NCBI GenBank assembly: GCA_004764695.1
Contig: SMSO01000031.1
Span: 2,270,436 to 2,334,435, forward strand
Source: Schizochytrium sp. TIO01
Lineage: Eukaryota > Protista > Bigyra: Labyrinthulomycetes
Direction: 5' to 3'
Length of the DNA: 64,000 nucleotides
Shown here: in pieces, positions 41,201 through 53,198 of the stretch
How positions within the stretch are numbered: position 1 is the first letter of the stretch
How the letters are laid out: the number at the start of each line of letters is the position of its first letter
Translations under genes and position numbers: made by a program
The notes under the pieces: model-generated
Databases searched by the model: none
Seen by the model: the letters and a program-made list of their open reading frames with translations, nothing else
What the model was told of the DNA's origin: nothing

Positions 41201-44200
41201 ATCGAGCTTAATATTGTTCGATTTCATTTCATGTCCACAAAACATCTTCTCCTGTTGCAAAATGCTCCGTTATCCACGATTTCCTTCTGATCTGTGAGCT
41301 CGGCGAAGCATACCAGCGTCTTCAAAGTTGCAGAGATTTTGCAAAAAGGAATACAGAAGAAATTACCCTTGCTAACTTATCAGCACATTCCACAGAAATA
41401 TATAAGAAACTCATCGCGACCATCGGAAAAAAGATAACAAACAAACCTCAATCAGAAGTATTCATTTGGAAAAATCGCCAACTATCAACAATATCCAGTG
41501 TATGTGAATAAGAAGGATGATCCTGTCGTTTTTGATTGATTTGCGGATGACTACCCTAATAAATGTTAAGCAACATGATGCACCTACAATAACCTAAATG
41601 AAGAAATTACACTACGGACTTGGAAAAGCGAGTTGGACTTGTTCTTTGAATTCACAAGGAGGCAACAGTCCTTCTAGTCCATTCAGCCTCCCAAACAATG
41701 AGCCGCGCAACAGTATCCAAGCGCAGATATTAACATTTCCGCAGCATGATCTGACTTGCTATTGTTCTCTATAGGAGAAAAAGACAAGTGCCAAAAGTGC
41801 TAACAGACCTGCCAAAAGTGTTCCGCACGAACGGGCCATGGCCCATTTCCTTGCCGATGACCCCCCCAGAGAATTATAAAAGAATCCACTATTAGAGTAT
41901 ATGCGATGAGAAGGCTTGAAATACTCCTCGAGTAAGAAACACTATCAACAGAATGACAGGGCCGCAAGAGTCTAGAAAGCAACATCTGGGCAACAGAGGG
42001 TCCAAGTGGCTTTGTTGGCTTTTGCTCCGCAACCACCGAGTTCTACACGTAGAAAATAAAAGACTTTGTTGACATCCACCAGACTGGCTGCATAATGAAC
42101 ATTCAGTTCGTAAAGAGACTTTAAATCATATTTCTGAAGCCATCTCGTTTCTTTCACTTCAAAAAAGAGAAAAGAAATTTAGTTTCTTCGGATGTCCTCC
42201 GAATCCAGTAATCCTCGAATCTACATTATCTACCTACGATCTGGATTCTGCTTTTTAAATTTTAATGTTGTATTGAAGTTCCTCCTGGCGAAGCCACTTC
42301 AAAATTTGAAGCCATTTACAGGAATAATTACACCGGGTTTTCGCCAATTTACAGTTTTTGGCTGGCGCGGCTTCCATTTTATACACCCAACCAAAGCGTG
42401 AGAGCCTCCCTAAAGAACTTTACACACGCTTAGGACGATTATTTTTTTATTTTTTTCGGTTTTATCAATGCGTACGCCGTTGCAAAAATAAGTGGTTTTC
42501 CTTCCGCACAGCCACAGATTGATATCGTGCTAGAGAGTATAATCATAAACAAATAGCTCGAATTGCACTTTGAACCCCGTGCCGAAATTTAGACAATGCT
42601 GACGAGAAAAAGAATTACACAGACGGATGCGTAATTTCAATAAACACTGAACGAAACTAGCAGTCGGCTTTCTTTCTTCTTTTTTTTTGTTTCTTTTAAA
42701 GCCAACAACAACAACCCCCACCATTTCGCGGACAAAAGCTTCTGTTAATATCACGGTGGTCGAGAGGAACGTCATGCCGAGATCGATCATTCTACTGTGA
42801 CTTCATTTGCAACGTCACCGTTTGATGTCATAATATATTCCTTACCCATCCAGAGCGTACACTCGCTAAGTTAAGTAGCCCTAAGTAAAATGATGTTGCA
42901 ATCGTCCCCCCATGTGCTCCGCTTCAAACAATAGGGTGACGCTCCTTTAAATGGCTTAACTGTTTTGGCCCGTGAAAGTTTAAGGCTTTTATAGTGATTA
43001 ACCTGAGGGAGAGACATTTTGAGAGCACAGCGATAATATCCATATCTACAAATAACTCCAAACGCCAGTCACTCGTTAACTTGCTGATGCATCGTAGTTT
43101 TAAGATAAGCCTCTATCATAAATGAGAGCCATCTTTTAGTAATGTTGTCTCTCGAGCACAAGAATCAGTCATGGCCTTTCCGTTTTCAATGCCCAGGACC
43201 TTGAAGTTGCATTAGATTTTGCGCATCGAAATGTAAGACTTAGAATGTTGGTAGAAGTTACACATAATCGTAGAGGTATCTCTTCTAAAACCGAGTTGGC
43301 TCCTCTGTGCAACCCTGTCATTATTCTAGCATAGTTGTATCTTCTTCGAAAAAAAATCGCTGAAAACTATCGTGTAGACTCTTGCAACCTTCTTCACGTT
43401 TCCTTGAACTTTACATATGTGTAAGGTGCTTAAATGATACACTGCTATTAGCCAGCAGGGCTACCAGTCTCTATCCCCCTGCGGATTAAACAAGTAGTAC
43501 TGTTTGCGTGCAATGTATCGTGAATCAAATGCGCGAGCCTAGCAAATCATACAGAAGACATTGCCATATCACCTACCGAATAGGCAATAGACCCCATGAC
43601 AGCAAAAATGCACAGGCAAAGTGATCCTAGACTTCTACATGCGCTAACACTGGCAACAGAACTTTTGAAATGGACCAGACGATCCAGTTGCAACTTCATC
43701 AGCTTCAATGTCCAGCTTTTACTTTACTTAAAGATCACAATCGTCCTGCTCGGCATCTGGTAGCACCTTTTTTTTTGTCAGAAACGACTCATCCTTGCAT
43801 ATCTGGCACAAAAGCTAAAGTGACCAGGATCAGTAAACCCGTATCATCATCAATGTCCGGACTGAAGGCCACAGCGAATTTGCGTTCGCCTGAAGAAAGT
43901 AAAGGGTAGCAAGACCATAGTGGAAACGATTCTGCTCGTGGCTTACGTTATCATTGAGACGAGATATCATTCGTTCATGATCAGGTCTTGCGCAACCCAG
44001 ATACTCCTGGAACACCTAAGTAGTTCTACTAGTGATCTCCACCTCTAACACCATGCTTCCCTTATGTCTTTAAAGCAACCAAGCCGACAAATTTTCAGTA
44101 GGTAAAGTTGCCTTTGCTTCGCGGTTCCTCTGAATGACGAACAATTGAGACTGTTCAATAGGAACACTCCCTAGAGAATAATCACATCATGACAAGTCAA

Positions 44201-47200
44201 CAGATCAAAAGAAAGAGGAGCTAATACCCAGCATCCCGAAGTCGAAAGCTATTATCACTCCGTCATGTTCAAGTTCCCTTCGTGAGGCTATTGGCAACGC
44301 GACCACGAGCTCGCCTCCTACTACGCACGATCCTCGCACAACCACCTCTCCATCAGCTCGTGTCTCCTGTCTCATGTCTCCTTCAGCAGCAGCGGGAGTG
44401 CTCCTTGTTTTGTGTTTGCTACACAATCAGCAGCATGGTCTCCCATTCCTGTATCCTTAACCTCTCACTATCGGGAAGATAGCTGGTTACTAGAGGTTTA
44501 AGCACTGTTTTTCGTCGAAAACCTTACATACCTAGGAACAATGAATTACAATGCAGACGGCAGCAGATCTTCGGCGACGCGTACGGCGAGAACCACTACT
44601 CCAATCTTGGCGAAGTAGGGAATATAAAAAGAACTTTCTACGTTTACTCTTCACCCAGGACGAATGCCCATCAATTGACAATTCGCCAGGAGGCGAATGG
44701 AGAAATGGAGTGAGAAATTCCTTGCTGCAGACCTGGGAATTACATCGATTCTTACATCTGAGCGAGGGAAGACGCGAATATGCCGGAAATGAAAATAATA
44801 AGTTACCTTGAAGGAACAAATCGGAGGAGGACTCGCAGAAAGAGACACGGTGTTAACCAAATGGATGCAGTTCAATGGGCACCTGCTTCAGGACCCTCGC
44901 CAAAGACGAAATCATGCTCCTCGGAGTTCCAATGTGGTCAGCCAATCATTTCGAGCTCAAGGCCTCTGTATTTTTCATTTGACAGTGACTTCATCACCTG
45001 CACAAACAAAATGAGCTCCTCGGCAACCGCAGAGCGACTTTTCACGTGGTATCCGGGTCGCCGGGGGTGAGAACACTAAGAGGCAAAGCTTGCCACAAAA
45101 ATTGGTAGAAGAGCTTCCGTGTGCTAATATTATATACTTTGTGCGTTTCTTACCTAGCAAAGAGCGCCGCTCGAAATAGCAAAATACAGCGAGAATCGCG
45201 GCAGTACTCTCGCTCTGCTGGATAGATGGTTGGTTGGCGCCTCGCTCCATTTGTGATTGATTGCCAAGCAAGCAAATGTCAGGGTGAAGTTGGTCCTGTT
45301 CACCTAGACCAGCGTTGCTGGCGTTATTCTGATATTCTCTGATTTACCTATTTGGAACCCCACGAGAAACAAGACACGGGATCATCTCCGCATGTAAATA
45401 ACAGATTCACGGCACGGGGAGACAATTATGCATTCCATTACTGAGGACGAGCACAGGTTGTCTATTGACAAGCTCTGCTCCAGGCCACCGACTGAATTAG
45501 CGAGAGGAGTCGAAGGTACTCCTTGGATCTAGAACATATGATTGTCTTGACATTCAATGCGGAATGTATCTGAGCTGCTTATTCCTAATGGCGATGTATG
45601 CCGATTCCGCATGCAAATAAAATAGCAGGGATTTTTTAATCTCACTTTGAGCACCTAAAAAGGAGGAAAAAAACAACTTGAATGTTAAAAAACCTGTTTT
45701 ATCTCATGGAAAGGTGACGCAAAGTGGCTATGATGATTGCGATACGTACTACGCAGCCTGAAAAGTGTTGTCCTGGCGAGACAAGCGTGCTTTGCTCTGG
45801 ATCATTCTGCATACACCAAATACCATGTAGATTTTGTGACGAAAGAGAGAAGCTTTGTTGCGTTAGCTGACCTTACTGTTGAAGTGCGCGGGCCCTTCGT
45901 GTGAATACCTACAAAAGGTTTGGTGTAACTCTGAAGCGGATAGTTGGAGAAGAGAAGACGTGAACGCATTGCAACCACGCAGTCCCCGAAGTATATAAAG
46001 TAGTACCTACCTTTAATAAGTTTTGAGGGTTTAAGGCACATTTCGCGGCTCTAGTCTTAAGGCAGCACAGGGCCTTCCAGATCGCCTACTCGACACAAAG
46101 AAACTCTTGCGGAATTACTTTGCAGGTATGCAAAGAAAAAAGAGCAATTTGATTATGATATCAGAGCATTGAAACAATATACTAGTGCGGCCGGGACAAC
46201 CTCTTCGACCATGGCCGGATCAAGCAGAGTTAGCCTCACGGTCATACAGCAAGACTGAAGACCTGGTCTAGGGAAGCGAGAAGCATAGGCGGAGTCGAGT
46301 CCCTACGTTCGAATGCTAGTGCGCAAAACTTTGGACGCATGTTTCGGGTTTGCTAGCAAGAAACTGCGCTCGTGCCAGACAACTATAATAAAAATAGCAG
46401 TTTCATGTAGAACTAACTGTTCATAAATGCTTAAAGCTTACTTGCAATTCGAACTACAATTTTTCGCGAAGGCCAGTCATCATTTTTACGTTGCAATAGC
46501 AGGCCAGAAACAAATCGGATTCTATTTAGTTTCTAAAATAGCAAGAGATACCACATTGACGCAAATGAAAGTAATCTGTATGCTATCGCAGGATACAAGT
46601 ATGCTCAGATGCAGTGTATGAAGACTTGCTTTGTTGAAAGGCTTCTTAGTTTGGGTTTTTGCTCATCGTGATGACTTCAATTATCATCGTTGAGACATCA
46701 ATGAAACAAAACTACAAGAACACCGACCCAGTCGTTCTGATATGGAACCTTTGGTATCTACTGCATTGAAGACGTATAGGAGTGACACTTACTGGGCGAC
46801 ATCGCAATGTTCAACCGGAAATTGTGCCTTAAAAAGTGAGATCCGATCGAATGGAAAACTAATGAGACATACCTCCTCTGCTGAGAATCCCCTTTGCCTG
46901 GGTTACAACATAGCATCATGTCAATTCTAGTGTCCTTCTCTTAGCTTGCGCTTTGCTCGCGGGCATACCGGTCATCATTGCTCGATTCCTTGGCTCACAA
47001 GCCTCGAGCATGACATTTCTCAGCCGCAGACTCCCCGGCGAGTTCCTGAATTTGGATCCATCTCACCACCGGTTCCTGAAGAGCAGTTCCACGCAATATT
47101 CTACATGGAAGAAGGGAATTCCTTTTAGAGGTACCTACTATTATTTCACTACTTACTGTCTGAGGCTTTTCTAAAAAAGTAGCTAGGAGAAAGTACGCTG

Positions 47201-48047
47201 CTCACGCGAGTCTTGTCACTACCACCTGAACGCTTTCATTCCCAGCCACCTACTCCTCTTGTCTTCAAACTCCATGCGAACAGCACCCACCCAGCATTAG
47301 TTGTTTAAACTTCACCATTGTCTATCTTCATGACCGCCAGAAGCAATCAATTAACCAAAAACGCAAACAAACAGATAAAAACTCAAAGCTAACAGCATCG
47401 TAGCACTTTGCCCCCTCCGCGACTGACGCGTACAACGAGTGGCTGCGGCGTCTTCTGCCTAACCCGTATTAAACTCTCACCCCATCTAAACGTACTATTT
47501 TATAAGAACAGAACAGCCGTTCTTTTCCCCTCCCCGAGTTGAAAAGAACGATGAGAACAGTAACGTTCTTTGGCCGCATAAGTTAAATCTCAAAGAACGG
47601 AACATGTTATTGCATGATATGAGTTAAGGTATAATTAATTGATACAATAGGATTTGAAGAACCCAAAAATAAGTTGATGAAGAATTTGAAAAACTAACGA
47701 CGGGTGAAGTAGTACTACTACTCCTCTTCAATATCGCCAAGATAGAGCGGCTTCTGCTCAAAGCTAACTCCCGCGCTGGGTCAGCAAGCCTCGTGACAAC
47801 CCTCTTCTGAGGCGGCATCTCTCACGTACCTCGTGCGTGAGCTTGCGCTCATCCGAAGTTCCTTAGCTTTCTGAAGGAACGGGATCTAGCTGCTTTTGCT
47901 GCGTTTGTCGTCTTTGAATTCTAGTTGGCAATACGAACTGTTTCTTGGCTGTCTAGATTGCGAACGTGCGTGTGAATAGTGCCTGCAAGTTTATTGGCGA
48001 ACTTCTTTGCTGGAACTAGCTTGATTTGCAACTGGAATTGGAGCAAA

Positions 48048-51000
48048 ATGGGCGGAATCAATACAGATGGCAAACTTCGCGTAGCATACAGTGTTAGCGG
48101 CAGGGGACTTTGTAGAGGTCGTGGTTGTAACAAGAAGATTGCTAAGGATGAACTCCGTGTGTGCAACGAGGTTCTGGTCAGGTTCGGTGGTAAAATGCGC
48201 CCTCAAACCATGTTTTACCATTTGGACTGCTTCCCGCAGGCTGTCTGGAAAAAGTTTGAGAATGTTGACATGGAGGGGTTAAGATTGGAGGACTCGCTCA
48301 AGGTTCTCAAGCTTATGGGGGGCAAAGAATCTGGATCTTCGGCATCGAGTTCAACACCTGCTGCTTCAAAGACCGCGTCGACAGGGCAACCGAAGTTCAA
48401 TACTACACCGGGACATGAAAACAACGCATCTCGTGTTTATGATCCAAGGCTTCTACCTGTAGTGGAAGCCGGAGCTCTATTAAAGTCCCCCGAGGTTGGT
48501 TTGGAGGAGCGATTTGTAGACATGCTTATGCCATTTCAGCGTCAGGGTGTTGCGTTTGCTGTTAAAAAGTGCAATGGCAGAGCGTTGATTGGAGATGAGA
48601 TGGGACTCGGTAAAACTGTACAAGCGATTGGGTTTGCGCTTGCATTCCGTAAGGAGTGGCCTTTGCTAATTATAACACCGTCTTCTGTTAAATTGAACTG
48701 GGCTGACGAGCTAGAGCAGTGGGCACCGACTCTCCAACCAGGTGAAATTAATGTGATCAAGTCCCGGTCATTTCCTGGTGATCTGAAAAAACCTGTTACG
48801 ATCATCACATATGGAATGTTTGCTCGCGGAAGCAAGGTTGTAGATGCTATTGAAGCACAGAAATTTCGCGTTGTTGTGGTTGATGAAAGCCATTACCTTA
48901 AGAACTCCACTGCAATCAGGACTCAAAAGATTTCCCCCATTCTTAAACAAGCGAGACGAGTAGCTTTGCTTAGTGGTACTCCTGCACTTGCAAGGCCAAT
49001 CGAACTTTGGACTCAAGTTCATGCCTTGCGTCCTGATATATTCCCAAAGTATCGAGAATTTACCAATCGGTTTTGCAACCCCACACGGCGACCATGGGGC
49101 ATGGACTATAATGGAGCAAGCAACCTTGAAGAACTCCACGAAAAGCTGCAAGGTCTCTTGGTGCGGCGACAGAAACGAAATGTTCTCCGCCAACTCCCTC
49201 CAAAGCGACGGCAGCTCCTCCGCCTTGATGTGGCTCCGGGTGCAGCTTGTATGAAGGAGGTCAAGAGCCTGATGGCGAGACTTCGAGACGTTGATATGAA
49301 TAATCTTCTCGCTGCTGCAGAAGAGGGTGGTATGGATCGCGAACTTTATCGAGAGGTAATGAGTGCACGTTCTGAACAACGTCAAACTCTGATGAAACTC
49401 TATAAAGCTACTGGCGAGGCTAAGGTTGCTGCAGCTGCAGAATATGTAAGCTCAACTGCAGAGAGTGGAGAGAAACTTATTGTTTTTGCCCATCACCTGG
49501 ATGTACTCGACGCCTTGCAGACTGAATTGACAAGAAAAAAAAATTCTTTGATCCGTATTGATGGTTCAGTTTCTACCACAGACCGTCATGCTTACGTTAA
49601 ACGCTTTCAAGACCCCAATTCAGGCGTGACAGTTGCTCTCCTTGGACTTACTTCAGCTGGGCAAGGAATTACATTAACCGCTGCATCAACAGTAATATTT
49701 GTAGAAATGCATTGGACCCCCGGCGTTCTGGTCCAGGCTGAGGACCGTGCGCATCGCATTGGACAAGTGAATGCTGTAAATATCATTTATCTAACTGTTC
49801 GCGGAACCCTCGATGATATTGTTTGGCCGATGGTACGGCGCAAGCTGGATACTGTTGGAAAGGCACTTGATGGCGTCCAGCATGAGAATATGTTTGATCG
49901 AACTCAGAAGACCCTAATGGATGCCAATCATGTCGATCTTAAGGCAGCACATCATATCGAAGAAGATGAAAGCGGCCATATCGGGAATTTGGACGGACAA
50001 ACATCTGTGAACTATCCCAAAGGCGATGTTCGTTCTTGGTTTTCAACTTCTGGTGCTTCTCCACTCGTAATGACGCCAAAGCGAAAGGTAGATCGCGAAG
50101 CAGATATTATAGTTTCGGAAACTGAGGTTTCTGATGTTACACCCCTAGCAGACCGTACACCGAGAAGGAAGCATGCACGATTGCGAGAACCTAATCTTGG
50201 TGAACCAGCTATTAACGAACAGGTTTCGCCTAGTGCCCCGTCTGAACCAGATGTATTTGACTTGACCATGTCGAATGACGCGTTCGAGACCTTCTCAACG
50301 CCAGCCAAAAAGGATTCTTTTTCTACGAAGAAGCCCTCGAAAGTGCTCATGGATGATTTTGAGGCCTTTGGAACACCAACTGGAAAAGTCTCATCCACAA
50401 GCAAGGCTACAAAAGTGTCTAATGATAGGTTGGGAGCCTTTACAACGCCGGCTAGACAAACACCAACTTCTGGGAGTAAGCTTTCAAAAGCAACACCATT
50501 TACGGACGTCGACTTACACGATGAAATTGAGGATGATGATAGTGAGCCTGTAGATAGTGCGCAAGAAGCATTAGCCAAAAGCCTCCATTTCTCTGTATCT
50601 GGAAATACTGGGCGCATATTTCTCTTTGACAGCAAGAAAGAGCCCTATGGGATCAATTTTGCTGCTAATATTGCCTTAGAAAAATCATGGCAAGATGTGA
50701 AAGACCTACCCAGCATGCTGCAGGATAGCAAACCCGTGCAACGAGCCGTGGAGAGATTTGCTCGCCAATGGGAAAGTTTGCGTTCAGCCGAGCGAAATGC
50801 GCTTGTTGATCAGGTTATTCGTCCTCCACTCTTGCCCCTTGTACAAGACTTGTATGCCAAACGAAAAGCCCAAGGACTTTGCTTTGAACGGTATATGGAA
50901 AAATCCCCAGGAGTGAATATAACTACATGTGATAAAGCTGATGAAGGCCAAGCTTCATCTTCAAGTGCAGAAATAGACGTACAGGCAGAAAAGGTTCCGA

Positions 51001-51599
51001 CTTGCATCGAGTGTAGCAAACCCATTCCTGAAGACTTGCTTAAACTCCAAGTGACAACACTATGTTCTTTCGACTGTCATAGCAAGTACCGTATTAAACT
51101 AAGTGGATCCGCCATTCGTCGCCAGCTTTTCTCTTTAGAGCATGGCATATGCCGTAAGTTTGTACATACAAGGTGCAAATGCAACAGCACCATCACCAAT
51201 GTTTGCTATATTTCAAATCTGTCAACTAACTAACACAAGTCTGAAATGGTCACGACAATAAAAATCGCAGAGGTTTGTAATGAGAATGCGCAAGCTCTGT
51301 ATGAAAAGGTCAAGGCTGTAACATCTGCAGAGCGCTATCAAATGCTTGTTGGCACAAAATTTAAGCCCACTAAGCAGCGCTTAGAGAACCCACGGGCTGG
51401 GGATTTCTGGCAGGCTGATCACATTCAAGCAGTGTCGCTTGGTGGAGGTCAAGCATGTATGCTAAACTTCCGAACTTTATGCTGTCCTTGTCATGAACGG
51501 GAGACAAAGGCTCTGATGAGAGTTCTCAAGAATCAAAAACTAGAAAAAGCCGCTCAAGGGAGCAAAGACATCCGTGGATTCTTTTCTGTCGCTAAGTAA
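48048..51599 (+). CDS. ZRANB3: ZRANB3/SMARCAL1-type SNF2 annealing helicase with HNH endonuclease and N-terminal PARP-type zinc finger; exons 48048-51153 and 51271-51599
   Basis: Motifs LMPFQRQGV, GDEMGLGKT, VVDESH, LLSGTP, QAEDRAHRIGQ. Intron gtaagt(51154)...actaac...cgcag(51270) joins HGIC|QVCN in frame. HNH motif WQADHI...GGG...NFRTLCCPCH. Confidence 0.92.
51154..51270 (+). other. Spliceosomal GT-AG intron (117 nt) in the ZRANB3-like gene
   Basis: GTAAGT donor, ACTAAC branch-like motif near 51225 and CAG acceptor. Removing it restores a CxxC motif and the reading frame. Confidence 0.9.
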
Positions 51600-52058
51600 A
51601 CAGACTTACCTTAGAGTCCGCTTGAAGGATCAAAGTCGAGTTTTTATTCTCTCCTCAAGCAAGTGCACTGTTTGGACAATCACCTTTTTTTATTTTAAAC
51701 TTTGACTCGATCAATAGAAGAACTAAGTGGCCGCTGGGAAATGAGGTTTAAAACGAGACATAAGAATAACTTTATTCAACCATCCTGTACCCATGTTAAG
51801 CTGATATTGTCTGATCCTATTCTTGGAAATCCTACATATGAAACACGACAAGCGAGTAACTCCCCGATCCCATTGGAGGATGCCAGTCTTTTATTTACAA
51901 TTAAGCTGGTAGCGAAAGACTTTCAGTCTACTATAGTTTTGAATAAATGTGATTGTCAACTTGAATTATAAAATTAAAATATATGTGATACTGGCTGTTG
52001 TTTTAAGTAAGTACAAGAAAAAACTATCATTTCTATTGCCCAGATATGAAATTCACTT

Positions 52059-53198
52059 TCAATCTTGATCCTCACTTGTTGGTGGAGTGAGGGCGCGTGC
52101 AGCGTTAATAGCAGAACCTGCTGCAGGCGTATCTGTGTTGACACGATACAAATCAATCTGGCGACGCATAATATCCTTGCAAGGTCCAAGCAATCGCTCA
52201 AAGGCAGCAATGTCAAGGTAGGCACATTGAACAGGCGTCTTTGCTATGACTGTAGCAGCGCGCGGTGCGCTTTCGATGAGTGCCTTCTCACCAAAAAACT
52301 CGCCAGGACCAGACCGACCTACCACGGTGCTTCGGTCGTCTCCCTTGAAAGCTTCAACTTCACCAGAAATCACCATATAGAATTTCATTTCACTCTGATT
52401 GTCATCTCCCTCCGTGATAATCACAGATTCGGGGTCAAAGTATTGATCCACAAGAACATCTGCGATGCGGTAAATCTCTTGCTCTGCAAGATTCTCAAAT
52501 AGAGGGCAGCTCTTAAGAAAATCCTCGTATTTGCTTCGTTTAGCGCTTTGATTTACCGAGAGAATATGGCGAAAAGTTTGTCGATCAAGAGCCCAGAGAA
52601 CACAATCAGATGTGGCTTTTACGGTAGCAGCGCGAGGGCAGTTGTACATGAGCGCAAGCTCGCCGAATGAGCTTCCACCACTGTAACTGAGAACCTTAGT
52701 CTCGTTCACGAAGACATCCGCTGTACCAGAGTCAAGCACGTAAAAGAAATCACCAGCAGAGCCCTGCTCAATAATTACTTTATTTTTGCTTGCGCGCTTC
52801 TCTATCATAGCCCCAAGGACTTGGTTCCGCTGGTCATTGTCCAAAGTTGCAAAGAGAAAATTGTCCTCTACAGAGCGCTCAATACGTTCTCTCTCTTCTG
52901 GGGTCTTCTCAATAATATTGAGCTCAAAACTGGCGTCGTCAGCAGGATCAACGCATTCTGCTGAAATAGATGTACGGCGATTGCGGCGCTTCGGGCGAGG
53001 CTGAGTTGGAGCTGGGTGCGCCTGCTGCGTCGGTGCGTGCTTCACGGGGACCACATCGTTTTTACGCTCAGCGTCGTCAGGAACTGACGCATGATCCGTT
53101 GCCGGCTGCCCTCCTTCCACAGACGGTTGCTCAGCCTGACCTGCCTCGATCTCTCCCTTTGGGGAGGCCATCTCTCCTGCATCAATAATCGTGCTCAT
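52059..53198 (-). CDS. pkaR: cAMP-dependent protein kinase regulatory subunit
   Basis: Inhibitor site RRTSISAE. Two cyclic-nucleotide-binding domains with intact phosphate-binding cassettes (FGELALMYNCPRAAT; FFGEKALIESAPRAAT). Confidence 0.95.
   Translation of the reverse strand: MSTIIDAGEMASPKGEIEAGQAEQPSVEGGQPATDHASVPDDAERKNDVVPVKHAPTQQAHPAPTQPRPKRRNRRTSISAECVDPADDASFELNIIEKTPEERERIERSVEDNFLFATLDNDQRNQVLGAMIEKRASKNKVIIEQGSAGDFFYVLDSGTADVFVNETKVLSYSGGSSFGELALMYNCPRAATVKATSDCVLWALDRQTFRHILSVNQSAKRSKYEDFLKSCPLFENLAEQEIYRIADVLVDQYFDPESVIITEGDDNQSEMKFYMVISGEVEAFKGDDRSTVVGRSGPGEFFGEKALIESAPRAATVIAKTPVQCAYLDIAAFERLLGPCKDIMRRQIDLYRVNTDTPAAGSAINAARALTPPTSEDQD

Noticed and set aside
44807-44997. Frame with repeated in-frame TGA codons (selenoprotein/readthrough idea)
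   Set aside because: No redox motif or recognisable SECIS; stop density is compatible with non-coding DNA.
46257-46325. tRNA-like A box (TGGTCTAGGG) and B box (GTTCGAAT) at tRNA-like spacing
   Set aside because: Acceptor, anticodon and T stems do not pair properly. At most a decayed tRNA/SINE relic; tRNAscan-SE would settle it.
5165-51599. Idea that the two SNF2 repair fusions form a functional gene cluster
   Set aside because: They are ~37 kb apart with unrelated genes between; co-location alone is not evidence.
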